Assembly (NCBI GenBank): GCA_035688305.1
Contig: DASSNC010000111.1
Coordinates: 573 to 64,572 of the forward strand
From: Rhodanobacteraceae bacterium
Lineage (GTDB): Bacteria; Pseudomonadota; Gammaproteobacteria; Xanthomonadales; Rhodanobacteraceae
Direction: 5' to 3'
DNA: 64,000 nt
Shown: piece after piece, positions 38,216 through 47,979 of the stretch
How the letters are laid out: every line of letters starts with the position of its first letter
Numbering within the stretch: the first letter of the stretch is position 1
The notes under the pieces: model-generated
What the model saw: only the letters and a program-made list of their open reading frames with translations
Database searches by the model: none
Told to the model about the DNA's origin: nothing
Position numbers and translations under genes: made by a program

Positions 38216-39520
38216 TCACCGCCTCCGCCCGCGCCCGCCGTCCTTGGCCGCAGCCTTGATTTCGGCAGTGGTGGGTGGCGCCGGAATTTCGCCGGGCTTC
38301 ATCGGCGTGACCTTGCTGCCTTCCTTCAGCCGGAACTGGCCGGCGGTGACCACCAGGTCGCCGGCTTTCAAGCCCTTGCTGATGATCAGCCCGGTGTCGC
38401 CGGATTCGCCGCTGGTCGTGACGGGCTGCATCGTCACGTACTTCGCGGGCTTGTCATTGGCGGGCGCGCTCCCCGCCGCGTGCGCACCACGGGCGCCGCG
38501 ACGTGGCTTCTTCGCGCCGTCAGCAGCCGAGCTGGCTCCCGCGGGCGGCGTGTCCGTCACCAGCCACACGTACTCGCCGTTCGGGCCGCGCTGCACCGCC
38601 GCGGTCGGCACCACCAGCGCATTGTCATCCACGCTGACCTGCAGCCGTATGTTGGCGTATTGGCCCGGATACAGCTGGTTCTTCGCGTTCGGAAATTCCG
38701 CCTTCAACTTGAACGAGCCGGTATCGGGGTCGATCTGGTTGTCGATGACCTTCAGCACGCCATCGGCCTCGACGGTATTGCCGTCGGGGTCCAGTACCGC
38801 CACCGTCAGCGGCGCCTTGGCCTGCGCGGCGCGCACTTCATCGAGGTACTTGCCAGCCAGCGAGAAGATCACGTCGATCGGGTGCATCTGGGTGACCGTG
38901 ACGATGGTGGTGCCGGTGTTGATCACGTTGCCGGGGGTCACCTGCCGGATACCTGCGACGCCCTCGATCGGCGAGGTGACCTTGGTGAAACCGAGTTGTA
39001 CCCGGGTGTTCTGGATGGACGCGTCGTCGGCGGCGACCGCAGCCCGCCATTGTGCGAGCGTGTTCTTCTGGGTGATGCGGTCGATCTGGGCGACGTACTC
39101 GCGGTATTTCGGATCCTCGGAACGCTGCAGGTTGGCTTTGGCCGTGGCGAGCTGGGTCTGGTCCTGGGCCCGCTTGGCGAGCGCCTGGTTCAATTGTGCC
39201 TGCAGGGTGCGGGGATCGATCTCGGCCAACACCTGTCCCTGCTTGACCGGGCCACCTTCCACGAAATCCAGTTTCATCAGCTCGCCGCCGACCTGCGGCT
39301 GCACGTTGACCGAGTTGATCGGTTGCACCGTGCCCTGGTTGCCGAGGTACATCGGCACGTTCTGTGCCGCCACCGGCACCACGGTGACCGGTACCGGTGC
39401 GTTGGCGCCGAAGTCACCAAAGCCGCGATGCCCCGCGCCGCTGAAGACGCGCCACAGGATGATGACGAGGATCACGACGCCGACCAGCGTCCAAATCCAT
39501 TTGCTTCGCGACATGCGCAT
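38216..39520 (-). CDS. mdtA: RND efflux membrane fusion (periplasmic adaptor) protein, MdtA-type
   Basis: 434 aa. N-terminal TM anchor and a HlyD-like coiled-coil/lipoyl/beta-barrel pattern (VTVVPVAAQNVPMYL..., GQVLAEIDPRTLQAQL). First gene of the operon. Confidence 0.85.
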   Translation of the reverse strand: MRMSRSKWIWTLVGVVILVIILWRVFSGAGHRGFGDFGANAPVPVTVVPVAAQNVPMYLGNQGTVQPINSVNVQPQVGGELMKLDFVEGGPVKQGQVLAEIDPRTLQAQLNQALAKRAQDQTQLATAKANLQRSEDPKYREYVAQIDRITQKNTLAQWRAAVAADDASIQNTRVQLGFTKVTSPIEGVAGIRQVTPGNVINTGTTIVTVTQMHPIDVIFSLAGKYLDEVRAAQAKAPLTVAVLDPDGNTVEADGVLKVIDNQIDPDTGSFKLKAEFPNAKNQLYPGQYANIRLQVSVDDNALVVPTAAVQRGPNGEYVWLVTDTPPAGASSAADGAKKPRRGARGAHAAGSAPANDKPAKYVTMQPVTTSGESGDTGLIISKGLKAGDLVVTAGQFRLKEGSKVTPMKPGEIPAPPTTAEIKAAAKDGGRGRRR

Positions 39521-39713
39521 GCGGGTGTTGTCCGGAGGGGTAATGGGCCACGCTTGGACCGTCCGCGCGGCGAACGGTTCGCCGCAACGTGGCGGCGTGT
39601 GCCTAAATTACCCGATCACCCGTGCGCGTGCCCCTGCCGAACGGCATGCCGCGGGGCATGACAACCGTCACGACCCTTGGCCAGTACCGGGAGCCGCCGC
39701 CAGGCGAAGCTCG

Positions 39714-41291
39714 TCAGGGTGCCGAGTGGCTTTCGCCTTGGGTGAAGCTCAGGATGCCCTTGCGATCGAGCCACCACAGCACCAGCGCGACCAGCAAGGC
39801 AAAGATCGTGCAACCGATGCCCGCAACGCCGAGCCAGTTGTACAGCCGGGTGTAGATCGGCATCATCTGGACCGGATCGGTGATGGTGGCCGGCACGCTG
39901 GCCAGGGTCGCGACCAGCCCGCCGAGGTATTGCGCGACACCCGAAGCGACGAAGTACGCCCCCATCATGAACCCGCCCATGCGTGCCGGCACGTAGCGGG
40001 CCACGAACGCGAGGCCGAGGCCAGAGGTCAACAGTTCGCCGATCGAGCCGAATCCGTAGCCCCAAACCATGACCCACTGGCTGGTCTTGCCGGGTTCGGT
40101 GGTGAAATGCCCGGCCGCGCCGTAGATGAAGAATCCGATCGCCACCGCGGCAAAGCCGAGCGCAAATTTGCTGGCGATGGACAGATCCTTGCCGCGTTTG
40201 GCAGCGCGGGTATAGATGACGGCAAGGATCGGACTGAGCGCGAAGATCCAGAGTGGATTCAGCGCCTGGAACTGCGCCGGCGACCAATCGAATATGTGCA
40301 GGCCAAACAGCCGGAAGGCGGGGTCGACATCGCGCAGCGCGAACAGGTTCAGCGACGTCGACATCTGCTGGTAGAAGATGAAGAAGAACACCGTTTCGAT
40401 GACCAGGATCAGCGCGATGATGATGCCCGCGCGCTCGGTGCGGTGGCACGAGGCGATCAACCACGCGAAGATCGCCAGCACGCAAGCGCCGGCGACCAGC
40501 ACGAAATATTGCGCGACCGTGCGATCCTTCAGGATGTAGGCCGAGATGAATACCACCGCTACGCCGCCGGCGATGACTGTCAGCAGCTTCCAGAACTTCA
40601 TCGGATGGTGGTCCGGCCCGGAACCGATGGCGCTCAAGGTGTGGCGCATCACCATGTAGTTGCCGAGGCCGACCAGCAGGCCCACGCAGCACACCGCGAA
40701 CGCGATGTGCCAGCCGAGGCCGTCGCCAAACAGGTTGCGGGCGTTGTCGCCCAGCAGCCAGGTCAGCTGGCCGTTGAACGGCGCGTTGAAGTAATCCTTG
40801 ATTTTCGGCGTCGCCAGCATCGAAAAGGTCGAGCCGATGTTCACCGCCATGTAGTAAATGGTGAAGGCGGCGTCGATCTTGGTGTCATCGCCTTCGTAGA
40901 TCTTGCGCACGAGGTTGCCGGCGTTGGCCTTGAACAGGCCGTTGCCGACCACGATCACGCCCAGGGCAAAGAACAGGAAGTTCGAGCTGTGCGCCGGCAC
41001 CACCATCAGTGCATAGCCGATCGCCAGCACGACGGCGCCCAGCAGCATGGTGTGGCGGGTGCCAAAGAATTTGTCGCCCACCCAGCCGCCGATTGCCGGC
41101 GCGACGTAGATCAGTGCCGCCGCCGCCCCCCAGGTCAGGTTGGCCGGCGTATCCTGGAAGCCCAGCCGCTCAACCATGTAGTAAATGATCAGCGCCTGCA
41201 TGCCGTAGTAGCCGAAGCGTTCCCACATCTCGATCAGGAATACGGTCGAGAACGAGCGGGTCTTGGATACCGTGGGCATGCTTGCGTTCAT
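39714..41291 (-). CDS. POT/PTR2-family di-/tripeptide:proton symporter
   Basis: 525 aa with the signature FLIEMWERFGYYGMQALIIYYM and multiple TM segments. Confidence 0.9.
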   Translation of the reverse strand: MNASMPTVSKTRSFSTVFLIEMWERFGYYGMQALIIYYMVERLGFQDTPANLTWGAAAALIYVAPAIGGWVGDKFFGTRHTMLLGAVVLAIGYALMVVPAHSSNFLFFALGVIVVGNGLFKANAGNLVRKIYEGDDTKIDAAFTIYYMAVNIGSTFSMLATPKIKDYFNAPFNGQLTWLLGDNARNLFGDGLGWHIAFAVCCVGLLVGLGNYMVMRHTLSAIGSGPDHHPMKFWKLLTVIAGGVAVVFISAYILKDRTVAQYFVLVAGACVLAIFAWLIASCHRTERAGIIIALILVIETVFFFIFYQQMSTSLNLFALRDVDPAFRLFGLHIFDWSPAQFQALNPLWIFALSPILAVIYTRAAKRGKDLSIASKFALGFAAVAIGFFIYGAAGHFTTEPGKTSQWVMVWGYGFGSIGELLTSGLGLAFVARYVPARMGGFMMGAYFVASGVAQYLGGLVATLASVPATITDPVQMMPIYTRLYNWLGVAGIGCTIFALLVALVLWWLDRKGILSFTQGESHSAP

Positions 41292-41393
41292 GGGCGTACG
41301 GGGGTGTTTGTGGCCGAGGATCGGTCAAGACTACCCGAACACAGGCTGAATGTGGCGGGGGCGGGGAACGGGGAACAGGGGACACGGGCAGTT

Positions 41394-41655
41394 TGTAGGT
41401 TGGGCTGAGCGCTTCTTGCGAAGCCCAACGCGTTCACGCGTGAAACCATTGGGCAGGCGATCGCGCGTACATGCGGGTAGCGAGCCTGATGGCTCCCCGT
41501 CACTGGCTGTCACGCTTTTCCGCGTCTGTAGGTTGGGCTGAGCGCTTTTTGCGAAGCCCAACGCGTTCACACGTGAAACCATTGGGCAGGCGATCGCGCG
41601 TACATGCGGGTAGCGAGCCTGATGGCTCCCCGTCACTGGCTGTTATGCTTTCCCG
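41394..41655. repeat. Two tandem units of about 133 bp, same REP family as the 30874-31622 array
   Basis: The sequence tgtaggttgggctgagcgcttc/tttgcgaagcccaacgcgttcac...gggcaggcgatcgcgcgtacatgcgggtagcgagcctgatggctccccgtcactggctgt is repeated, starting at 41394 and again at 41527. Confidence 0.88.
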
Positions 41656-41679
41656 AGTTCCGAATCCCGAGTCCCGCCC

Positions 41680-42237
41680 ATGCAGCTCTACCTCGACCTC
41701 CTGCGCGACGTGCTCGAGAACGGCGCCCGCAAGGACGACCGCACCGGCACCGGAACGCTATCTGTGTTCGGGCGGCAAATCCGCATGGACCTTGCCGCCG
41801 GCTTCCCGCTGCTCACCACCAAGAAACTGCACCTGAAGTCCATCGTGCACGAGTTGCTGTGGTTCCTGCGCGGCGACACCAACATCGCGTACCTGAAGGA
41901 ACACGGCGTCAGCATCTGGAACGAATGGGCCGACGCCAGCGGCGACCTCGGCCCCGTGTACGGCAGGCAGTGGCGGGCCTGGCCGACGCCCGACGGACGC
42001 AGCATCGACCAGATTTCGCGGGTGGTCGAACAGATCAGGCAGCGCCCCGATTCGCGCCGCATGCTGGTCAGCGCCTGGAACGTCGGCGAGCTGGACCAGA
42101 TGGCCCTGATGCCCTGCCACGCCTTGTTCCAGTTCTACGTCGCGAATGGGAAATTGTCGTGCCAGCTGTACCAACGCTCGGCGGATATCTTTCTTGGCGT
42201 GCCGTTCTTTTCAGGCATAGCAATTCTGAAGGCCTAG
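41680..42237 (+). pseudogene. thyA: Native thymidylate synthase, truncated after about 176 codons by the island insertion
   Basis: It reads as canonical ThyA ([15 protein letters not shown]...[16 protein letters not shown]) up to 42207. Nine unrelated codons (FSGIAILKA) and a TAG stop follow. The roughly 88 C-terminal residues expected from established ThyA sequences are absent, and base composition drops at the same point. Confidence 0.85.
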
Positions 42238-42340
42238 GTACTCGTTTCCCTGTAGGCCATATCGCTATTGTCCATGATCCAGGGCGAGCGTGTTGCGCCT
42301 CAGGCCTATGTCAGTTATACCGGCCAACGAAATTGGGAGT

Positions 42341-43243
42341 ATGAGCGTGCGTCATCCGGAACATCAGTATCTTGATTTGCTTGCGCAGGTTCTGAACCAT
42401 GGCGACGAACGCCTCGACCGGACCGGCGTTGGCACTCGCTCGATCTTTGGTGCCATGGTTCGCTTCGACTTATCTGATGGAACTGCTCCCATCCTTACGA
42501 CCAAACGCGTCTACTGGAAGACCGCCGTGAAGGAGATGCTCTGGTTCCTGACGGGTGGGACGAATATAAAGCCGCTGCTTCGCGAAAAGGTGCGAATCTG
42601 GACTGATTGGCCTTTGGACAAATTTCGCCGAACTACCGGGCAGAATATTTCACAAGAAGAGTTTGAGCAACGAATTTTAGACGACGATGACTTCGCCGCT
42701 CAATGGGGTGATCTCGGGCCGGTGTACGGCAAGCAGTGGCGTCGGTGGCTGGGATCAGACGGCCGAGAACATGATCAAATTGCAAATTTAATACTTGCGT
42801 TACGCGAAAAACCAACAAGCCGGCGCATGCTGTTTCACGGCTGGAATGTTGCTGAGCTCGACAAAATGGCGCTCCCTCCTTGTCACATGGTTTATCAATA
42901 TCATGTGACATCTACGGGTCGCCTTAACTGTTTGTTATTTCAGAGATCGGTCGACTTGCTGCTGGGAGCCGCTTTCAATTATGTCGGTGCAACAGCATTG
43001 CAACTAATGCTTGCGCAGCAAGCTGGTCTTAATCCAGGAGAGTTGGTTTGGGTTGGTGGTGACGTTCATTTGTATCTTAATCATCTCGATCAAGCGCGTG
43101 AGCAGCTCTCACGTGAGCCCCGCCCGTTCCCAAAGATCAGGCTCACGCGTCATGCGTCGAGCATCGACGACTATAGGATCGACGACTTCAAAGTCGATGA
43201 CTACTTGCCGCACCCGCCGATTAAGGCTGATGTCGCGGTTTAG
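42341..43243 (+). CDS. thyA: Island-borne complete thymidylate synthase (long type with an inserted small domain)
   Basis: ATG at 42341 preceded by GGGAG. The 300-aa product starts MSVRHPEHQYLDLLAQVLNHGDERLDRTGVGTRSIFG. Motifs include [36 protein letters not shown] and HLYLNH. The C-terminus PHPPIKADVAV is intact. Confidence 0.9.
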   Translation: MSVRHPEHQYLDLLAQVLNHGDERLDRTGVGTRSIFGAMVRFDLSDGTAPILTTKRVYWKTAVKEMLWFLTGGTNIKPLLREKVRIWTDWPLDKFRRTTGQNISQEEFEQRILDDDDFAAQWGDLGPVYGKQWRRWLGSDGREHDQIANLILALREKPTSRRMLFHGWNVAELDKMALPPCHMVYQYHVTSTGRLNCLLFQRSVDLLLGAAFNYVGATALQLMLAQQAGLNPGELVWVGGDVHLYLNHLDQAREQLSREPRPFPKIRLTRHASSIDDYRIDDFKVDDYLPHPPIKADVAV

Positions 43244-43298
43244 ATCTGGTTGTGATGGAGGGGCACACTCTCGCAGCGATCGGTGCCCACGGGGTACG

Positions 43299-45920
43299 TT
43301 GAGTGAGCACAGGCTGCGTTCTCTACTCGATCACGATTGTAAAGACGGACGAATCCTGGCCGATCGTGGCGGCAAAATAAGCCGACGCCACTACGCAGGT
43401 CTACTCGGCTGTACTCACAGTGCCCTGGCGAGGTTCAAGGCTGTGTTCGCGGAGTACGAGCAGCGACTCGGTATAGTGACGGGTCCGATGCAACACTTCT
43501 CTGAGATGAGAAAATGGCTCACTAAGTCATACGAGTCACGAGAGCTAGGGATTCGCGATAACAAGTTGGACCGAGTTGCATTCATGATGCACTTTGGTCT
43601 GCGTGGTGGGACTTTTATGAGACGCCACCCACCAATTCGGAAGTTGTTCGAGGAGTTTGATGCTCGCGCGAAACGTGAAAGCTATCTTCCGCTCGAGAGA
43701 TATAAGGAACTCGAACGAGTAGTGGCCATACTTGCCGCTGGGCCTGTCCTCAACAAAGACCGAATGACCATTAATCAGGTCGAGCTCGCGAAAGCAGCCA
43801 AGGTTCCTAGGGCCAGACTCGGCAGCAGGCCTTTTGCAGATGTAGTTGCGGCAAGCCAAGCGACAATCTCGGCTGAAGTCGCTGCAAGTAGAATTGATCC
43901 ATATGTTCACGGCCGCGTTTTCCCGTTTAGTGACTTAATAGCACCTTGGTCAGAGCTATTTCTCGAGCGTGTTGGGATTCGATTCAAACATATAGCGGTG
44001 GGCCTATCGCCATCAACGGTTAAAGGCCCTTATCTCCAGCTTGTTCATATGCTTGCCTGGATCGGCAGAAGTGAGAATCCGCACTGTCGAACAGTTGTTG
44101 CCGAAGCCAATAAATTTGGCCGAGTGCACTCAGTCGATGAATGGGAGGAGGCGTTATTTGTCTACCGTGATCGACTGGTTGCAACGATTGCCGATGGATC
44201 AGCGACGGAAAGTTCCGTTGACGGTGCGATTTCTGCACTGCGTATCGTGCTCAACGCTCTGTCTTCGGCGCAGGTCGTGCCACCTGTTGCGATAACCTTA
44301 CCAGGCATTAAGCACGTCAGGCGTCGAAGCGGCCACCTGAGGAGCGTTGCGGAGGCGAGCCTCACTGACGCGGGGCAAGAAGCCGATTACGTTGCATTCG
44401 CACGAGATCGCTTCCTCGATGCGTGCAAGGGTTCGGGCACCGACATGGGGATGGGCGACACGGACGACTTCATCAACGGGTTAACCGTTGAGATTAGCGT
44501 CTCTCATGATTTGTCTAGCGATCCTGTTGAGGCGATTCGCCTTGTGCTGGAGCGGCGCCTCCGTGCTCTTCACAGCCATGCAGCGGCGATCGTTGATAGT
44601 GCTGTGAAGGCCAGACAGCGAGGTCACGAACTGCTCTTGCGCTCTCAAATCGACGGGGCGGCATTCGAAGCCGGCTACCTTGCGTCTACTGGCAATCCGT
44701 ACAAATTAAGGCAACTTGTCCGAGAGTTTTTCCCAAATCCGGCTGATTCCACAAAAGCCAAGACTGAACAAGGCGTTGCGAATCTGCTAGCGCTGATCCA
44801 ACAGCGGTGTGGGGGAGTCCCACCGGTGGGCAACAAAAACAATAGTCTTGGTTACGGGCAGTTCTTTGCCAAACGCTATCTCGCCTATGGTGGACTAGCA
44901 ACTATCGGTAGATTGCTGAATCCGGATTCGGATACTGTTGGCGCAGTCCTTACTCTGTATCTCATCGAAAGCGGGGCGAACGTAAGCGTAGGTCGTACGC
45001 TCGATCGGGAATGCATGGAAGCCAGTGACCTAAGCAAATATTGCCGCATCACCGGTTACAAGGCCCGAGCTAAGGGAAAACCCATCATAGTTGACTTGCC
45101 AGAACGCTCGCCGGCTGTGGAGGCAATTAAATGGTTCTTATCGAGCAGCGAAGAACTGAAAGCCGCTGCGGGACGTGACAGCGATCGACTATTTCTAATG
45201 CGGATTGGCGGTCGCGTACAACTGATGACACCGCATTGGTACAACAATTGGTTCAAATCATTCGCGGGGTCAGTGCCAGAGCTGCAGGGCGTAAAACTGC
45301 TCCCGAGCATGATTCGGCCATCTGTACTCCTACACGCTTCGCTCGGAAACGAAGGCCGACTCGCGGTGGGAATGGCTATCGGCCAACACGGACTCGCCGT
45401 GACTCAAGGCTATCAGCAGAAGTGGCCCACCAGGCTGTTGTATGACGAAAATATCCGGCGCTTTCAAAAAGCATTCGAAACCCTGGTCCTTTCCGGTGCG
45501 GAGGATGTGGCGTTGAAACTTGGCATTACGGTGGAACAGTTCACTGCACGGTTGGGAGAGTTGCGCGCCACTGGGCTCGGCACCTTCTGTAGGGATCAGC
45601 GGGGGCGCTCCAGTGAGCCCGGTAAAAAATGCTCCACGCTCGACTGCTGGAACGACTGCCCGCATATGCTTATTGTGGCTGAGGTAGAGGCAATCGCTGC
45701 ACTTCAACTCTGGCAAAGGTCGCTACGGGCTGCGCGCCCAGATTGGGAACGCGACCAGCCTGAGCGTTGGGATCGGGTGTGGCTTCCTTGGCTCTGCCTC
45801 ACAGATGTCGTCGAGGAAAAGATGGTGCGCGGTCCTATGATCAAGATTTGGAATGCGGCAATGCGCCGAGCATCTGAGATCTCCGCGAAATCCGACTACG
45901 TACCGCCTCACCCTTGGTAA
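43299..45920 (+). CDS. Large tyrosine-recombinase-like protein, first of the trio (Tn554 TnpA-like position)
   Basis: ORF 43011-45920. Its upstream part overlaps thyA in another frame, so the start is uncertain; a TTG at 43299 is the first plausible start after the thyA stop. C-terminal catalytic-domain-like motifs: SGANVSVGRTLD (Arg I), ITGYKARAKGK, LLPSMIRPSVLLHA (x-x-Arg), GQHGLAVTQGY (His...Tyr). Confidence 0.65.
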   Translation: MSEHRLRSLLDHDCKDGRILADRGGKISRRHYAGLLGCTHSALARFKAVFAEYEQRLGIVTGPMQHFSEMRKWLTKSYESRELGIRDNKLDRVAFMMHFGLRGGTFMRRHPPIRKLFEEFDARAKRESYLPLERYKELERVVAILAAGPVLNKDRMTINQVELAKAAKVPRARLGSRPFADVVAASQATISAEVAASRIDPYVHGRVFPFSDLIAPWSELFLERVGIRFKHIAVGLSPSTVKGPYLQLVHMLAWIGRSENPHCRTVVAEANKFGRVHSVDEWEEALFVYRDRLVATIADGSATESSVDGAISALRIVLNALSSAQVVPPVAITLPGIKHVRRRSGHLRSVAEASLTDAGQEADYVAFARDRFLDACKGSGTDMGMGDTDDFINGLTVEISVSHDLSSDPVEAIRLVLERRLRALHSHAAAIVDSAVKARQRGHELLLRSQIDGAAFEAGYLASTGNPYKLRQLVREFFPNPADSTKAKTEQGVANLLALIQQRCGGVPPVGNKNNSLGYGQFFAKRYLAYGGLATIGRLLNPDSDTVGAVLTLYLIESGANVSVGRTLDRECMEASDLSKYCRITGYKARAKGKPIIVDLPERSPAVEAIKWFLSSSEELKAAAGRDSDRLFLMRIGGRVQLMTPHWYNNWFKSFAGSVPELQGVKLLPSMIRPSVLLHASLGNEGRLAVGMAIGQHGLAVTQGYQQKWPTRLLYDENIRRFQKAFETLVLSGAEDVALKLGITVEQFTARLGELRATGLGTFCRDQRGRSSEPGKKCSTLDCWNDCPHMLIVAEVEAIAALQLWQRSLRAARPDWERDQPERWDRVWLPWLCLTDVVEEKMVRGPMIKIWNAAMRRASEISAKSDYVPPHPW

Positions 45921-45924
45921 TTGT

Positions 45925-47979
45925 ATGACTAAGGACGCCGCACTTACTCATCCGAGCGTCATACCAGTTCCGCTTGACATGGATGATCGACGCCGTGCGT
46001 CATGGCTGCTGAACAAGTACACCGACTCGATTTGGGTAGTTACCGACACACATGATCGTGGTCAGAGGAATGCGATCCAGTTTCAGTTTAGGCTGGCTGA
46101 CGGGAGGTCTCTGATAAACGCCGATAGGCTGTACGCGACGGTTAAAGAATATGCTTGGTGGGTGCGGGACTCCAGATACAGCCGCATTGACGACGCATCC
46201 ACACACGCGACGATGGTGCGCAACTTGATGAATTTCGCACACGCGCTAAGCCTACGCAACATCTGGTCGTTTGCCCATTTGCAACCGTACGACCTGGAGC
46301 AACTGATAGAGGACTGCCGCTTTGGTACCGATGCTCTAATCCACGCTTCGGAACGAGTTGAAGCACATCTACGAAAATTGGAAGAAGCGAACAAAAGCGA
46401 GCCCAGGCCGTATGGAGGGCTTCCCCCGTATGTCAATCCAGCCACCGGTAGGCGCACTGGCTTCGTCTCTTCAGGCCAGATTCTGGCGGCGTGTAACCTG
46501 CCCACTAGCGCGCGCACGTTGCGACGTGTCGGTGAGCTGATTGCGCGAGCTGCTGCGGCAAATGGTCTACGGATAAGGCGGCCGCTTCGCAACTTTGCCG
46601 GCGATCTTGACCAGTTGCCTAATGTGACAGTCCAAGCTTTACATCGGTCGTTAGATCCGCTCGAGCAACTTTATGCCATGCGGCGCAAGATCTTGGCTGA
46701 GTCCATCGGGTTTAGACCATTTCCATGCGGCGCTGCACGAGTTGCGGCTGCCAAGGGGGTGGGTGCTGCGCGTACCCCCATTCCGCCACCGATGCTCGTG
46801 CTTCATCTTTTTGAGCAATCCGCGCGCTGTATCTCCGACTACGATGAAAAGCTGAAACCCAGTCAGATGGAGCGAAGCGACGTATTCCGAATGGCATCTG
46901 CGTGCTGGATCGTTATCGCCGGGTTTACCGCTCGTCGCGATGAGGAGATCGACGATTTGCGCCATGGGTGCCTTCGAGGAGATGAGCAAGCCGGTTGGTG
47001 GCTCCATGTGTACATTGAAAAGACTTTGCAGCGTAAGGAATGGATCCCGGTGCCAAGACTTGTAGCAAGGGCGGTCGAAATAATGTCGGCCATCAGTGCG
47101 ACTGCACGGCAGGAAGCAGGCGGCGATCAGCTGTTCCAGTGGCTACATCCGGACAGCAGAAGAACGGTTCGGATCGATGTTGGCCGCCAACTAGATGAAT
47201 TCGCCGAGGCGGTGCACGTCCCACTGCATCGTTCGCCTGACGGGTCAGTCGCTGCTTGGCACTGGCATCCCCATCAGTTTCGGCGGTTCTTTGCCGTTTT
47301 GTACTTTTACCGCTTCGAGGGTGCAACGATCGAGGCTTTGTCGCACCATCTCCGACACTTCAGTTTGGAGATGACAAAGCGCTACGTGACTCAGGACCCG
47401 GAGGTTGCTGCTCTTTGGCGTGATGTCGAATGGGGCTACTTGGGTGAGGTTGCACGATCCATTGTCGCGGGCGAGCGTTCTGTCTCTGGTGCCGCCGGTG
47501 AGCGATTGAAAAAGGTCGCACACCGTCTTATTGACATGTTTCGGCGCAAGCTGCTGATCATCTCACCAGAACGCGTTGGCGCCAGCGTCGCACTGATTAT
47601 GCGGCGCCAAGGAATGGTGCTGACGCCTAAGCCTTGGGTTATCTGCTCCTGCCCAAGAACGCGTGACGCTGCGATACTTGCAGCATGCCGCCGCGAACAA
47701 CCTGTTGATGTAGCGGCGGTGGGCCCCGACTTTGCGCATGCTGGTCCTTTAGTTTGCTCTTCATGTCCCCACGCCATAACGCAAAGGGATCGGTGTAGTG
47801 CCATCGATGCCGAAGTCAAACATCTGGAGGCCGCTGCCGTGTCTCAACCTCGCACTAACACTCTGCTTGGAGCGCTCGAGGAAGCCCGGGTAATCGAGCT
47901 GCGCCGCGTTCGGGAAACGCAGTACGAACACGCAAGCGCTGTCAGGTGGGCGACTCAGGAAATGGAGGGAAATGGATGA
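45925..47979 (+). CDS. Tyrosine recombinase, second of the trio (Tn554 TnpB-like position)
   Basis: The ATG at 45925 lies 5 nt after the previous stop. Motifs: FTARRDEEIDDL (Arg I), HPHQFRRFFA (His-x-x-Arg), LSHHLRHFSLEMTKRYV (His...Tyr nucleophile). Confidence 0.8.
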   Translation: MTKDAALTHPSVIPVPLDMDDRRRASWLLNKYTDSIWVVTDTHDRGQRNAIQFQFRLADGRSLINADRLYATVKEYAWWVRDSRYSRIDDASTHATMVRNLMNFAHALSLRNIWSFAHLQPYDLEQLIEDCRFGTDALIHASERVEAHLRKLEEANKSEPRPYGGLPPYVNPATGRRTGFVSSGQILAACNLPTSARTLRRVGELIARAAAANGLRIRRPLRNFAGDLDQLPNVTVQALHRSLDPLEQLYAMRRKILAESIGFRPFPCGAARVAAAKGVGAARTPIPPPMLVLHLFEQSARCISDYDEKLKPSQMERSDVFRMASACWIVIAGFTARRDEEIDDLRHGCLRGDEQAGWWLHVYIEKTLQRKEWIPVPRLVARAVEIMSAISATARQEAGGDQLFQWLHPDSRRTVRIDVGRQLDEFAEAVHVPLHRSPDGSVAAWHWHPHQFRRFFAVLYFYRFEGATIEALSHHLRHFSLEMTKRYVTQDPEVAALWRDVEWGYLGEVARSIVAGERSVSGAAGERLKKVAHRLIDMFRRKLLIISPERVGASVALIMRRQGMVLTPKPWVICSCPRTRDAAILAACRREQPVDVAAVGPDFAHAGPLVCSSCPHAITQRDRCSAIDAEVKHLEAAAVSQPRTNTLLGALEEARVIELRRVRETQYEHASAVRWATQEMEGNG

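Noticed and set aside
42181-42240. A frameshift or sequencing error as the explanation for the short native thyA.
   Set aside because: None of the three forward frames downstream of 42207 continues with ThyA-like sequence. Base composition changes at the same point, and a different complete thyA plus recombinases follow. Insertion is the better explanation.
42289-42298. The 10-nt direct repeat cgtgttgcgc (also at 61308-61317), considered as the att core delimiting the low-GC element.
   Set aside because: The left copy lies about 80 nt inside the thyA break rather than at it, and a single 10-mer match between two ~150-200-nt regions can arise by chance. It is kept only as a note in the mosaic-island finding.
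43011-43298. The 5' extension of the first recombinase ORF (start listed at 43011), and the 5' extension of the island thyA ORF (start listed at 42290).
   Set aside because: The 43011-43243 part overlaps the island thyA in another frame. For thyA, the ATG at 42341 has a GGGAG Shine-Dalgarno sequence and aligns with the canonical ThyA N-terminus (…QYLDLL…). The upstream codons are unnecessary.
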